A stretch of 62,201 bases of DNA, counting the filler. It is 17 parts of 17 records of this genome, joined end to end, with 100 filler letters (N's around TTAATTAATTAA, not from the genome) between each part and the next. Parts side by side here need not be neighbours in the genome. Positions count along the whole stretch, not along the records: positions 46,316 to 52,956 come from SRR16133337_48629; positions 53,057 to 57,650 come from SRR16133337_48657; positions 57,751 to 59,782 come from SRR16133337_48671; 14 more parts are not named here. One strand, written 5' to 3'. Below, one piece after another: positions 46,216 to 58,307 of this stretch. The notes under the pieces were generated by a model that searched no databases, had not been told where the DNA came from, and saw only the letters and a list, made by a program, of their open reading frames with translations. Every line of letters starts with the position of its first letter. The stretch's first letter is position 1. The translations under genes were made by a program, and so were the position numbers.

Positions 46216-46505
46216 NNNNNNNNNNNNNNNNNNNNNNNNNNNNNNNNNNNNNNNNNNNNTTAATTAATTAANNNNNNNNNNNNNNNNNNNNNNNNNNNNN
46301 NNNNNNNNNNNNNNNTCGTCATTTCGGTAAAAGCGTGTTCCATTAGCATCCAAAAAGAACATTTTAGAATAAAACTTTTCAAAAAATTAGAAGAGGAATA
46401 CTTTGCTTTTCTTCCAAAGCAAAGTAACATAACGCAGTACACTATAATACAAATAACAAAGTAAATCCTTATATAATATAATCCACCCGATTAGAAGCCC
46501 CTAAA

Positions 46506-47186
46506 TTAAAAAACATAAAACATCAAGCCCAAACGCACTATACGTAAATCAAGTAATTCACCTGTGTCGAGTTTTGTATTTTCTTTAAAAACAGGAACCA
46601 AAGAGTAACTAGCATAAAAATTCCAGGTTCCATGCCCAGCGGCTAAAGACAAAGCATATTGTAGTTTTTCAATTTCAGCAATATTTCTTTGAGTTACTGT
46701 AGTCCCATCAATTACATATTTAGCTTTAAAATCTAACACATATGAAAAAGTGATCCCCCCATAAATTCTCCAAAACCTATATTTCTCTAAGGTAGAAGTC
46801 CTCCATCGAAATTCAATCGGTATTTCTAAATGGCTTATCTTATACCGATTGCTATCATAAGTCGTTAGGATTCGAAAACTAGAAGTAGCGTTCTCCTCTT
46901 TAATAAACAGATTTTGATTGAAGGTGTTGTATGCGTATCCCACTCCCACCCCTATACCCATGTTACGTCTCTTATTAAAAGGTATATCCCTGATAAAACC
47001 CAAAGAAATTCCATAAGAAAATCCATTTTGGAAGAAACCTTTAGGCGTATTGGAAAACAAATTATAGTGAACTCCAAAATACAATTGATCTTCTAAATAT
47101 TTTGGATCAATTCTTAGCGAATCTGTTTGAGAAAAAACAGAAAGTGTAAACCCTGTAAAAGAGGCAAACAATAAAAAAAATTTCAT
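46506..47186 (-). CDS. Outer-membrane beta-barrel (Bacteroidota porin family / PorT-like)
   Basis: Signal peptide, KYLEDQLY, GFIRDIP.N..RN, EIPIEFRWRTS, terminal YVF. Confidence 0.82.
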   Translation of the reverse strand: MKFFLLFASFTGFTLSVFSQTDSLRIDPKYLEDQLYFGVHYNLFSNTPKGFFQNGFSYGISLGFIRDIPFNKRRNMGIGVGVGYAYNTFNQNLFIKEENATSSFRILTTYDSNRYKISHLEIPIEFRWRTSTLEKYRFWRIYGGITFSYVLDFKAKYVIDGTTVTQRNIAEIEKLQYALSLAAGHGTWNFYASYSLVPVFKENTKLDTGELLDLRIVRLGLMFYVF

Positions 47187-47249
47187 ATCTCTATAGATGA
47201 TGATGATTCTATTTTAAAAATTAGTACAATTCAAAACGAATGTAAAACA

Positions 47250-47283
47250 AAAAAGACATCTGTGAAATGACAGATGTCTTTTT
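47250..47283 (-). terminator. Intrinsic terminator after exbD (symmetric, probably bidirectional)
   Basis: aaaaagacatctgt-gaaatg-acagatgtcttttt perfect inverted repeat. Confidence 0.85.
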
Positions 47284-47303
47284 AAATACCCTCCAAATAG
47301 AAT

Positions 47304-47786
47304 TCATTTGATGTTTTCAGCCAAATCTCCCTTACGGGTAGAATAACTTATTTTAAGAGCGTTAATATCTCTTAATTCAGTTCTTATATCGTGTATGGTA
47401 CCCACACCACATTTTATATCAGACTTGATAGAAGTGGTCATATATGGAATTTCTTCTGGGTTGTGTTTTTCTTGTTCAGAATAAATAAAACTAGCAATAT
47501 CCTTGATGGTTGCAATTTTATCATTCAACTGAATTTTATCCCCTGATCCTAATTTAGGCTGATCTTCAGGCTTTGCTTTCCCCACATAAATGGTACTTAC
47601 CAAACTTTTATGCTCTAATTTTTTCACCTCAGTTGCATTTGGCAATTTTGGTGCTTTGATTTTTAAATCCGTTTCTCTCATGGTTGTTGTTACCATAAAG
47701 AAAAACAATAACATAAATACAATATCTGGCAGAGCCGCCGTATTTACTGCGGGCAATCCTTTTTTCTTTTTTGCAAATTTAGACAT
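47304..47786 (-). CDS. exbD: ExbD/TolR family biopolymer transport protein
   Basis: NTAALPDIVFMLLFFFMVTT. Confidence 0.92.
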   Translation of the reverse strand: MSKFAKKKKGLPAVNTAALPDIVFMLLFFFMVTTTMRETDLKIKAPKLPNATEVKKLEHKSLVSTIYVGKAKPEDQPKLGSGDKIQLNDKIATIKDIASFIYSEQEKHNPEEIPYMTTSIKSDIKCGVGTIHDIRTELRDINALKISYSTRKGDLAENIK

Positions 47787-47794
47787 CTCGTAAA

Positions 47795-48424
47795 TTATTT
47801 AGTAGGTTCTGCATCAGAAATAATCTGAGGATAAGCATCTTTCACTTCCTTAATTACAGCCTTTAATTCCTCCTTTTCTTTTGAGTCCAAAAGTAATAAG
47901 TCTTCAAAACTCATTCCTGCATACTTTCCTTTAATTTTTGTTTTTGCATAACGATTTCTTAATTCAGTATATGCAGAAAGCAATTCATTTTGAACCGTAA
48001 TGTACATCCCATAGGAGGTACCTCTATCACTTTGTACAGAAATAACCGCTTTGTTTGGATGATCTGAAGAGGTATCCAATTTTTTACCATTGCAATAAGT
48101 ACAGATACTTCCAGGAACACCATCAACAGTCTTTCCAATACCTCCTCCATTGTTAATAAAATCTAGGGTGGCTTGTTTGAGATTTTTGAGATCCATTTCT
48201 TCGTCTTCTACCAATAATTGATCTTTTCTATTGATATTGATTTCAAAAATGTTTTTCCTTTTTATAATCGGCGGGATAAAATCTTCTGGCGGTTTTTCAG
48301 ATAATTTACGAGAAACTCCTGAATCTACATCCATCGTAGTTGTTACCAAAAAAAAGATCAGCAACAGGAAAGCAATATCTGCCATGGATCCTGCATTAAT
48401 TTCAGCGTTTTCTCTTCTAGCCAT
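47795..48424 (-). CDS. exbD: ExbD/TolR family biopolymer transport protein
   Basis: INAGSMADIAFLLLIFFLVTT, DRGTSY. Confidence 0.92.
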   Translation of the reverse strand: MARRENAEINAGSMADIAFLLLIFFLVTTTMDVDSGVSRKLSEKPPEDFIPPIIKRKNIFEININRKDQLLVEDEEMDLKNLKQATLDFINNGGGIGKTVDGVPGSICTYCNGKKLDTSSDHPNKAVISVQSDRGTSYGMYITVQNELLSAYTELRNRYAKTKIKGKYAGMSFEDLLLLDSKEKEELKAVIKEVKDAYPQIISDAEPTK

Positions 48425-48431
48425 TTCTTAT

Positions 48432-48890
48432 TTATTTTATAATTGATTTTACAGCTCCTAAAACAATTGCAATAATCGCACTAGCTCCTAATAACAAGGT
48501 ATACCAAATACCTGTACTTACCCATTTAGAGGGACTGCCTGCTTCACCACCTTCTAAAATCTCTCCAGTCACATCTTTGACAGCAAGATCTGATGCCAAA
48601 CCATAAGAAATCCCCAATAAAATTCCAAGGATTACGAAACCTATTAGAGTTTTCTTTAATACTTCTGGCTTTTTTAACAAACTAAAGATAGAGAAAAGTA
48701 CAGCAATTGCTGTAACTATGATTAACAATACGATAGAAAAGGAAACTAGCGGTCCAACAATGCCTAAGGTTCCTTGTCCTTCAATAATAGCATCATCACC
48801 AACGCTTAAAATCTTAATAAAGAAGTAAGCAGCAATCACCGCGATCAAAGCGACTAAGCCTTTTAATATTCTTGATATATTTGTATTCAT
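48432..48890 (-). CDS. Four-TM membrane protein in the exbB-exbD-exbD operon
   Basis: 152 aa, four hydrophobic segments, tightly packed between exbB and exbD. Confidence 0.8.
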   Translation of the reverse strand: MNTNISRILKGLVALIAVIAAYFFIKILSVGDDAIIEGQGTLGIVGPLVSFSIVLLIIVTAIAVLFSIFSLLKKPEVLKKTLIGFVILGILLGISYGLASDLAVKDVTGEILEGGEAGSPSKWVSTGIWYTLLLGASAIIAIVLGAVKSIIK

Positions 48891-48898
48891 AAGGATTT

Positions 48899-49627
48899 TT
48901 ATTTTTTGTGTCTAACCAAAAGGTCAATTAATGAGATGGAAGCATCTTCCATATCGTTTACAATTCCATCTACTTTAGAAATAATATAATTGTAAAATAC
49001 TTGAAGTATAATGGCTACAACCAAACCAAACACGGTTGTTAACAAGGCTACTTTAATACCTCCTGCAACTACTGTTGGAGAAATATCCCCTGCTGCTTGA
49101 ATCGAGTCAAATGCTCCAATCATACCAATCACAGTTCCCATAAACCCTAACATGGGTGCCAATGCAATAAATAAAGACAGCCAAGAAATATTTTTCTCCA
49201 ACAATCCCATTTGCACACCTCCATAACTAACAATTGATTTTTCAGCAATATCAACCCCTTCCTCTACTCTATCCAAACCTTGATAGAAAATTGAGGCAAC
49301 GGGACCTTTTGTATTTCTACAAACTTCTTTTGCCGCATCTACTCCTCCTGAAGACAAAGCTTCATCTACACTGGCTACCAATTTTTTAGTATTTGTGGTA
49401 GCCATATTTAAATAAATAATTCTTTCAATAGCAATTGCCAAACCTAAAATTAAGGCGATCAGTACAATTCCCATAAAAAAAGGTCCCCCTTCTATAAAAC
49501 GTTGTTTTAAAACTTGGTGAAAAGTTTCTGACTCTGTTGATTCTGCTACATTGAAGGCATAGGTGTTTTGAGTTAAACCAAAAAACAAGAAACCCGTAAT
49601 TGCAAAAATTGTAAATACTTTTTTCAT
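48899..49627 (-). CDS. exbB: MotA/TolQ/ExbB proton-channel protein
   Basis: FIEGG, APMLGFMGTVIGMI, GIKVALLTTVFGL. Confidence 0.93.
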   Translation of the reverse strand: MKKVFTIFAITGFLFFGLTQNTYAFNVAESTESETFHQVLKQRFIEGGPFFMGIVLIALILGLAIAIERIIYLNMATTNTKKLVASVDEALSSGGVDAAKEVCRNTKGPVASIFYQGLDRVEEGVDIAEKSIVSYGGVQMGLLEKNISWLSLFIALAPMLGFMGTVIGMIGAFDSIQAAGDISPTVVAGGIKVALLTTVFGLVVAIILQVFYNYIISKVDGIVNDMEDASISLIDLLVRHKK

Positions 49628-49692
49628 GGTGATAAAATTAATTTATTAATATAATTAAAAATCTAAAATAATTTACTCCTACTAAAACATTG

Positions 49693-49779
49693 CGGAGAGA
49701 AGGGGATTCGAACCCCTGTTACAATTTCTTATAAACACGCTTTCCAAGCGTGCGCCTTAAACCACTCGGCCACCTCTCC
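49693..49779 (-). tRNA. tRNA-Ser(GGA)
   Basis: GGAGAGGTGGCCGAGTGGTTTAAGGCG CACGC-TTGGAAA-GCGTG, long variable arm (TTATAA-GAAA-TTGTAA), GGTTCGAATCC, TCTCTCCG; CCA not encoded. Confidence 0.95.
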
Positions 49780-49780
49780 T

Positions 49781-50012
49781 AGATAAATCCCCTCCAACTT
49801 GTTTTCCAAATTTTTACTAGCCTTAGGCTCTAAGCTTTTACCTACTGTCTATCTGTCTTGCAGTCTTTACCAGTTGTAAGTTTTGATTTACGAACTACCA
49901 ACTACGATTTACGATTTCACCTTTTTTATTTAAAACCATAGCAATGCGATGTTTGAAAATTTAGTCTTGCTACAAAAAACAATTGGCTAAATTCTCCGAA
50001 AACGGAATTAGA
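49781..50012. repeat. MITE/REP-like element (copy of 30315-30477) interrupted by short tandem repeats
   Basis: Both ends match the atpH-atpA element in reverse; the middle holds ttacgaactaccaactacgatttacgattt and ctgtcttgcagtcttt. Confidence 0.68.
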
Positions 50013-50514
50013 TTACGTATGTTGTGTTTTTAGCGGACAGCAAGTAACAAAAAAATGTTGGTTCTTTAAAAAAAAAGAGGTGTTTTTTTGCTAATATTCT
50101 GTGTTTTTTACATTCTTTAATATTCGTGTCCAATAAAAAAGCCTCTATAATTGAGACTTTTATCATACCGTTGAAAGCTACCTTGTCCTTCTAAATCCCA
50201 TGGCAATGGTTACTCTGTCTCTGACTATTCATACCCCCTTTAGGGTTCTGCCTACTGTTACAACCGTTTCCCAGTCTCTTTGAATTATCGGATTGGTTTG
50301 TTCTAAATTCCCATCAAGTACAGTGGTCAATATTGGAATATACTCCGCCTGGTTAGAGAAATCGAAGGTGGTAAAGATCTATTCATGAAACCAACCTATG
50401 ATATAGTAGAACCAACTCTCCACTATCTATTTATTCCTAGCAATAGCTTAAAATATCATTATTATCAGGGGGCTGTAGTAACATCTTTTAGCATCTAAAG
50501 ATTACATTGGTGTA

Positions 50515-52776
50515 TTAAACATTTTGTTTTTTGATTAAGTTTAATGCGGAACCTTCATAAAACCAAGCAATTTGATTTGCATTGTAGGTATGATTTAATT
50601 TAATAGAATTGAAAGATCCATCGGTATGTGCAATTACTAATGTCAATTGTTTTTCTGGGGCAAAATCTTTTAAATCAGAGAAAGTAAAACGATCGTCTTC
50701 TTGAATTAAATCGTAGTCCGCTTCATTGACAAAAGTCAATCCCAGCATTCCTTGTTTTTTCAAATTTGTTTCGTGAATCCGTGCAAAAGATTTTACAATT
50801 ACAGCAACAACCCCTAAATGTCGAGGTTCCATGGCAGCATGTTCTCTAGAAGAGCCTTCTCCATAATTATGATCTCCTACCACAATAGAAGGTACTCCTG
50901 CGGTTTTGTATGCCCTTGCTGTAACAGGTACCGTACCATATACCCCTGTTAATTGATTTTTAACGGTGTCTGTTTTTTGGTTGAATGCATTGACAGCACC
51001 TATCAAACAGTTATTAGAAATATTGTCCAAATGTCCACGGAAACGCAACCAAGGCCCCGCCATAGAAATATGATCTGTGGTACATTTTCCAAATGCTTTT
51101 ATTAATAATCGAGCTTCTTTAATTTCAGTCCCTATAGGGATAAATGGAGTTAACAATTGCAGTCTCTCAGAAGTTTCAGAGACTTCAACATTCACACTTG
51201 ATCCATCAGTAACAGGTGCTTGGAATCCCGCATCCTCAACTGCAAAACCATTTGGAGGCAATTCATGACCTGTAGGTTCTTCTAAAAAAACTTCTTCTCC
51301 ATCCACATTGATCAGTGCATCGGTTAATGGATTAAAATCTAATCTCCCTGAAATAGCTACCGCGGCAACTATTTCTGGTGAAGCTACAAATGCATGGGTA
51401 TTTGGATTTCCATCTGCTCTCTTAGAAAAATTACGATTGAAAGAGTGAATAATGGAGTTTTTTTCTTGTCTATCCGCACCTTCTCTATCCCATTGACCAA
51501 TACAAGGACCACAAGCATTCGTAAATATCTTGGCCTCTAAATCTTCAAAAATCTTTATATACCCATCTCTTTCAATCGTATAACGTACTTGTTCAGATCC
51601 TGGATTGATCCCAAATTCTGCTTTTGAAACTAAACCTTTCTCAACGGCTTGTTTTGCGATAGAAGCAGCTCTTGAAATATCTTCATAAGAGGAGTTGGTA
51701 CAAGACCCGATTAATCCCCAATCAATTTTTAAGGGCCAATCATTTGCTTTTGCCACTTCTTTCATCTTAGAAACAGGAGTCGCCCTATCTGGCGTAAAAG
51801 GTCCATTGATATGTGGAGTCAACGTATCTAAATTGATTTCAATAACTTGATCAAAATAGGATTCTGGATTTGCATACACTTCAAGATCCCCTGTTAAATA
51901 AGAGGCAATTTTATTGGCTTGCTCAGCAACTTCTTCACGATTTGTAGCACGTAAATAACGCTCCATAGAAGCATCATATCCAAAAGTTGAAGTAGTGGCT
52001 CCTATTTCGGCTCCCATATTACAAATCGTTCCTTTACCTGTAGCGGACATGGATTTAGCACCTTCTCCAAAATATTCTAGAATCGCTCCAGTACCTCCTT
52101 TTACAGTTAAGATACCTGCTACTTTTAAAATGACATCTTTAGGGGCTGTCCATCCAGATAATTTACCTGTTAGTTTTACACCGATTAGTTTAGGGAATTT
52201 TAATTCCCAAGCCATTCCTGCCATTACATCAACAGCATCTGCCCCACCAACACCAATAGCAAGCATTCCTAAACCTCCTGCATTTACCGTATGAGAATCG
52301 GTTCCAATCATCATTCCTCCAGGAAATGCATAGTTTTCTAAAACTACTTGATGAATAATGCCTGCTCCTGGTTTCCAAAATCCAATTCCATATTTATTAG
52401 AAACAGATGACAAAAAATCAAAAACTTCTTTACTTGTTTTATTTGCAAATTTTAAATCCTCAACAGCTCCTAATTTAGCTTGAATTAAGTGATCACAATG
52501 GACTGTAGTTGGAACAGCTGCTTTCTTTTTTCCTGCTTGCATAAATTGCAATAATGCCATTTGTGCAGTTGCGTCTTGAAGAGCGATTCTGTCTGGTGCA
52601 AAATCTACATAATCTTCACTTCTTTTAAAGGCGGTTTTTGTAGTTCCCTCCCATAGGTGATTGTACAATATCTTTTCAGCTAACGTTAAAGGTTTCCCTA
52701 CTACTTCACGTGCGTTATCTACACGTTCTACCATACGAGAATACACTTCCTTAATCATCTCAATATCAAATGCCAT
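50515..52776 (-). CDS. acnA: Aconitate hydratase (Bacteroidota, mitochondrial-like)
   Basis: [45 protein letters not shown]. Confidence 0.96.
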   Translation of the reverse strand: MAFDIEMIKEVYSRMVERVDNAREVVGKPLTLAEKILYNHLWEGTTKTAFKRSEDYVDFAPDRIALQDATAQMALLQFMQAGKKKAAVPTTVHCDHLIQAKLGAVEDLKFANKTSKEVFDFLSSVSNKYGIGFWKPGAGIIHQVVLENYAFPGGMMIGTDSHTVNAGGLGMLAIGVGGADAVDVMAGMAWELKFPKLIGVKLTGKLSGWTAPKDVILKVAGILTVKGGTGAILEYFGEGAKSMSATGKGTICNMGAEIGATTSTFGYDASMERYLRATNREEVAEQANKIASYLTGDLEVYANPESYFDQVIEINLDTLTPHINGPFTPDRATPVSKMKEVAKANDWPLKIDWGLIGSCTNSSYEDISRAASIAKQAVEKGLVSKAEFGINPGSEQVRYTIERDGYIKIFEDLEAKIFTNACGPCIGQWDREGADRQEKNSIIHSFNRNFSKRADGNPNTHAFVASPEIVAAVAISGRLDFNPLTDALINVDGEEVFLEEPTGHELPPNGFAVEDAGFQAPVTDGSSVNVEVSETSERLQLLTPFIPIGTEIKEARLLIKAFGKCTTDHISMAGPWLRFRGHLDNISNNCLIGAVNAFNQKTDTVKNQLTGVYGTVPVTARAYKTAGVPSIVVGDHNYGEGSSREHAAMEPRHLGVVAVIVKSFARIHETNLKKQGMLGLTFVNEADYDLIQEDDRFTFSDLKDFAPEKQLTLVIAHTDGSFNSIKLNHTYNANQIAWFYEGSALNLIKKQNV

Positions 52777-53567
52777 AATCTTATTTAGTTATTTTCTTTG
52801 TATTATTATATTCCATCCAATTCGCTTCCCAAATTTCTAAGGGAACGGAATAGAACTAGATGCGAAGGTATGAAAATGCAGTTATTTTTGAAAGCTCTAA
52901 GCCCAACGAATCTATTAATTCAGTAAGATAAATGAAATTGTAGTTTATTAAGTATANNNNNNNNNNNNNNNNNNNNNNNNNNNNNNNNNNNNNNNNNNNN
53001 TTAATTAATTAANNNNNNNNNNNNNNNNNNNNNNNNNNNNNNNNNNNNNNNNNNNNCGCACAACGAAACATTGTACAAAAACCCGCATTTAAACCCCTAA
53101 AAAGGAGACCGGCTTTTTTTAAAACATCAAACGGTATGAACCAAAACATTCTGTAACCCAATGCTATAACACGGAGGAATTTGCGAGAATATGATTTAAA
53201 AGAAATTCACATAAACTTTGGCAAAAAACCCGGTGTAATACATCACACATGATTTTCATCGTACAAACGCATCACTATAGGCGACAAACTAACCCTAAAC
53301 CCAAAAATGAATTTTGATGGGGACAGAACCACAAAAACAAAATACAGAAAAGTTTGTTCGCAACGCATTGAAGAATCACACATACCGCCAACATGGCACA
53401 CAATACTCTAAAACAAACAAACGACAACTGCTCTGATAATATATACTTTACCCCTTCGCAAGTGATAATTTGATTGTTAAGACATGTGGACTCTAATGCA
53501 CAAAAAATGGAAAAGTAAACGTATTTTTGGCAAAAAAACGACACCACAAACCAACCGATACTATCGA

Positions 53568-54722
53568 TACTCTTAACCCACACCAATGAATTAATGACGC
53601 CAATTATTTTCATTCATGGGCCAAGACGATATGGTGAACTGATACGCGCGCTTGGATCGACTGGTTCTCAAAGCTACAAATTTAACAAACAACTGTTAAC
53701 TTCCACCCACCGCCCTCAAACCAAAAAATATGTGAAAACATACACGATCTTTGTTTTGAAAACTATAGTATAAAATTTCAAAAGAACCTGCAAACCTTTT
53801 AAGTGAAAAATACTCTTAACCCACAACGGCGACAGGCACACGAAAGGGATCTCTCAAGCCCTGTGTCCATAGTTTCCATGACGCAAAGCGAACAACAAAA
53901 TAGTGGGAACATGCTGGCAACGTCTCAGACAGTATGCCCAGATAATTACACGAAGCAGGCCAAGATTTGCTGACTAATCGATGTGCATATTCTCAATTTT
54001 ATGGAACCGCTAAAGGAAAAACACGTTTTGTTACAATATGAACTTCGTATGGACGGACGTTACGGTTTAATATCTCACACGAAATAAAACTACTATTGAA
54101 TACTGATATACAGCAAAAACTCAATATTGAACTTTAAACCACGTTTTAAAACTGCTATTGAATACTGATGTACAGAAAGAGAATGGCGTTTCAGAAAAAC
54201 ATGTCACCTTGAAAAACCAAATAAAGCAAATGCCATTTTCCCATAAAAATTATGCGGAAACCGCCTGTTAAAAAGTAGAGAACATCAAAACCCTTTGAAA
54301 AAGATACATCTCTACTCTTAACCCAGCATAATCCATCACCCATGCGACTTTCATCGTCTGAACGCGACACTAAGCTCTATGTCCATACTTTCCATGTCGA
54401 GGACAACACAGCGTAGTGGGGGGCAGATCTCGTACCACGTCTCAAACGCTTAACCAGACCAGATTTGCATGACTAATCGATTTGCATATTCTCATTTTTT
54501 GGGACTGCTATAAGAAAAACACGTTTTGTTACAACCTGAAACTTTACATGTTACAGTAAAAATGTTACGGTCTTGAAAACAAAAGACTTTTTTAATGATC
54601 AAAATACGTTTTGCAAAAAACAAAAAACCAAGTCCTTTTTTAAAAAATGATTCCCAAAAACAAACCAGTTTTTTTTTAACAGACTCAACAATAAACAATT
54701 GATATTTGAATACTCTTAACCC
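53568..54722. repeat. Diverged tandem duplication units sharing TACTCTTAACCC
   Basis: Motif at 53568, 53811, 54313, 54711; 53811-54066 and 54313-54571 share blocks such as gactaatcgat.tgcatattctca and gaaaaacacgttttgttacaa. Confidence 0.7.
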
Positions 54723-55551
54723 CATCAACAAAGCGTTGCGGTTGTTCACAATGAAGCATTCGATTGACTTGAAGAATCGCTATTTTTGTATATGGCTCGA
54801 GGTTGGTTGCTTGTTTTCGGTGCGATTCGAATTTGAGTGTAATTGTTGTTGTATCAAAAAATGTGGAGAGAATGAACGCAATTTTTACGACAACCTGTGG
54901 ACTGGATGGAAAGACACGTTTTGAGGGGCGAATCGATATATTCACAGAAAGGATTCTTTCCAGAGCCGTGCTGAGGGTCTTTTGATCCATACATGCGAAT
55001 GTGGGGAGGTCACGAAAAGCTATTTCAAAACAATTCACATACACCAAACCCACACACATACCCGAACCTACCAATATTTGATAATTCTCACATACCGACT
55101 GACATCTAGTTTTTACAACGCAAACTATTTTTAAAAAATACAAAACGCAAAAAATTGGATTTACGTGAACCCAAAAAATAGCACCAAACACAATAAAAAC
55201 ACATTTAAAAAACACAAAAAAGAAACTTATCTGATTCACACAAATGAGTGAAAAATTCTGCAATCCATCTTGGGACAAACGCCAATCACTACAAATTGAT
55301 CCGAAAAATGCAAAGATCCATAGACCCAGAGAATTGAGAGTTGATATTATTTGTCAAAAATTGTGTGGAAAGCTAATTCGTTCATACAGCCTCGCTTTGA
55401 TTGGAATCCTTCTGTGCCGCTAAAACTTTTCGCATACACCCACAACAAACAAAAAACTTCCCGGCACACACATACACAAACATACGGGTTCCGACGTACA
55501 GAATTTGTACGTTTGGATTGAAATTCATCTCTGGTGGGATGCTCGACGGTA

Positions 55552-56270
55552 ATACGACTCAATGATAACATTTCTCTCTTGCCACTGATCAATTTTGCGT
55601 GTTGAAATCTCATTGCCGTTAGGAATCTCAGCTCTTTTTGTATATATTACAGTTATCCCATCTCAAGATACAGGTGGATGACAAGAGCCTCTCAAACTTA
55701 CGAACTATTACAAACAAAATAAGTGACGCACCCCCTCCGCCATTTCAAAATTTTAAAAAAGTCACGGAAACCCTACGTTTTCTTCTGAAAACAAAAACAA
55801 TCATCCTGACAATATCAAAAAGTCCAACAACACCTTTTAAAAACATCACAAAGACGACCATCTGATCTGTTTCGAAAAGATTTTTTTAAATTAACACCTA
55901 CAATCTGCCAAAATATAGTTTTCACATGTTATTGCTTCATAAAAACGGTTTAAAGAACCAAAACACAACAAACGTACAGTTTTAACCTAGAGGGTCTCAT
56001 TTACATCGAATTTCCAAGGCATACGACTCAAAAGTGCTTTCTCCGTGTCCTAGATCAATTTTCGTTGTTGATATCTCATTGGTGTTCAATCTCAAGATAT
56101 TGATAATTTACGAGCTACGACAAACAAAATAAATGACACACCCCACTCCCGCCTCCCGAAACACCTTTTCAAAAACACGTTTTTTAAAACAGTGAATAAG
56201 CGCAATTTCTAAAGAACCAATACAAACGTCCTGCCAAAATCAAAAATACCCAAACGACACATTTTAAAAA
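55552..56270. repeat. Second diverged duplication pair
   Basis: atacgactcaa...gatcaatttt...gttga.atctcattg and ttacga.cta..acaaacaaaataa.tgac.cacccc occur twice, about 420-470 bp apart. Confidence 0.65.
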
Positions 56271-58031
56271 ACACACACACGCACAAAAACTACCTTACTT
56301 CCGAAAAGAGTCCGAGAAGACTGATAAATTCTCATATGCGCCCTGAAAATCCCATGATCCAATAAAATAATGTAAAACTCAAAATCCACTAGATGGCGTC
56401 TCAGAACGACCACACGACCCAAATGATTTACGTGTAACATACGGCTAAGTCATTTTCTGTCCTAATCAATTCTTTATGTGTGTTGATGCTTTTCTAGCGT
56501 TCTGAGTGGAATCGCTGCCATTACAAACTTCAGTTTGGATTTGACTGCGTGCGTGATTTTCCCTCACGCCCCTAAAACGCTCAGTGCACAAACACTCAAA
56601 AAAACCCACCTACACAACCAAACCCTTTTGAAATACAAACGTTCCAGCCACGAAATATAACACAAAAAGGGAAAAACGATTTGCTTATAACACACCTCGA
56701 AATATTTTCATGCGGTTCGATCCGGAAGAGATTTTATTTGTTGGTTTGCGCGAGTTTTGTACTTTCTAAAAAAAATGATCTACACACAAACTGAACAAAC
56801 ACATAACACCCGCTCCCACAAACAAACTTCAAAAATACAGCTCAACAAACACACGCTTTTTCAAGAAGTAATAAAACCACAAAGGCTATACCGTAAAAAT
56901 ATCGTCATAATAACCGTATTTGATAAAACCACTTCATAAATCCGAAAATCTAGCAGGGAATGACATTTTTGAGAGTTTCTCAAAAAATATATCGACCGAC
57001 TAACCATTTTTGCACCTAGATTAAGAACAAAACAGAGAAAAACAATCAAATTTAAATGCCTACGAAACCATAAAAATTTTCAAAAAAATTGCTGGGAAAA
57101 AACCAAAGCTTTTGAATTTCAGCAGTGGCTGTTAAACTTTCAAAAATCGTGTATTTTTCATCCATGAACCGGGAAATATAAAAAAAAACCTGAAAACATA
57201 ATTTGTAAATTTAGGGAATATTCAAGCCTTGAATTTTCAACCAAAAAACATTTTTGCGAACTTTGGAGGCAAAAATAGCGAAGGGTGCAACTATATATAT
57301 GTCAATAGATTTGCTGTGTTTTAAAAAATATGTCAAAAAACCCAATAAATAACCGTATTTTTGAGTTAAAATCATACCGGGAAAAAACTAACTTTTGTAC
57401 TCAACGCGAATATTTTTTACTTCCTGTGATCGACTAAACCTTAAAGTATTCGTACGTAAAAAAAGATATTTTGCGAAGGGATATAGCCGCCAAATTGGAG
57501 AATGTAATGCGAAATGTGTGAATTTTTGGAAATTTTGATGTAATGTCCAATTTTACACTACAGACCATATCAATGAATAATTTTCGACTTTGAAATTAGA
57601 CATGTACTTTTCATCTTGTGTTTCATAAAATTTAAATTCCATTTCACATGNNNNNNNNNNNNNNNNNNNNNNNNNNNNNNNNNNNNNNNNNNNNTTAATT
57701 AATTAANNNNNNNNNNNNNNNNNNNNNNNNNNNNNNNNNNNNNNNNNNNNCGTGAAAAGTGAGTTTGTGAAAATTTGTTTTTCAGTCAATGACATATAAT
57801 TGTTTACAATGCAGTATTCTTTTAATCAATTAATTGTATTTGTACTTGGTGTGACGGCTGAATGGCCAGTTATCAGTTGTGACCCGAGATTCTACAGACG
57901 TGAGCGAACAACATGTATACAACTACAAAACTCATTCCTACAATTTGAAATTTGCATAGTGTTCAAAACAAACTAAAAATGAAAAAATTATAGAAAATTC
58001 ACATTTATTCCTATTGATCCCCATACTTTTA

Positions 58032-58307
<276 letters not shown>

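Noticed and set aside
50160-50514. Possible gene relic downstream of aconitase
   Set aside because: Looks coding-like, but the frames tried have stops and no family could be recognised
53289-53303. Telomere-like CTAACCCTAAACCC
   Set aside because: Only about two imperfect units and not at a contig end
53811-54571. RNase P/MRP, snoRNA or U12-intron reading of the duplicated units
   Set aside because: No paired P4 motifs, no C/D boxes with a terminal stem, and no RTATCCTT 5' sites found
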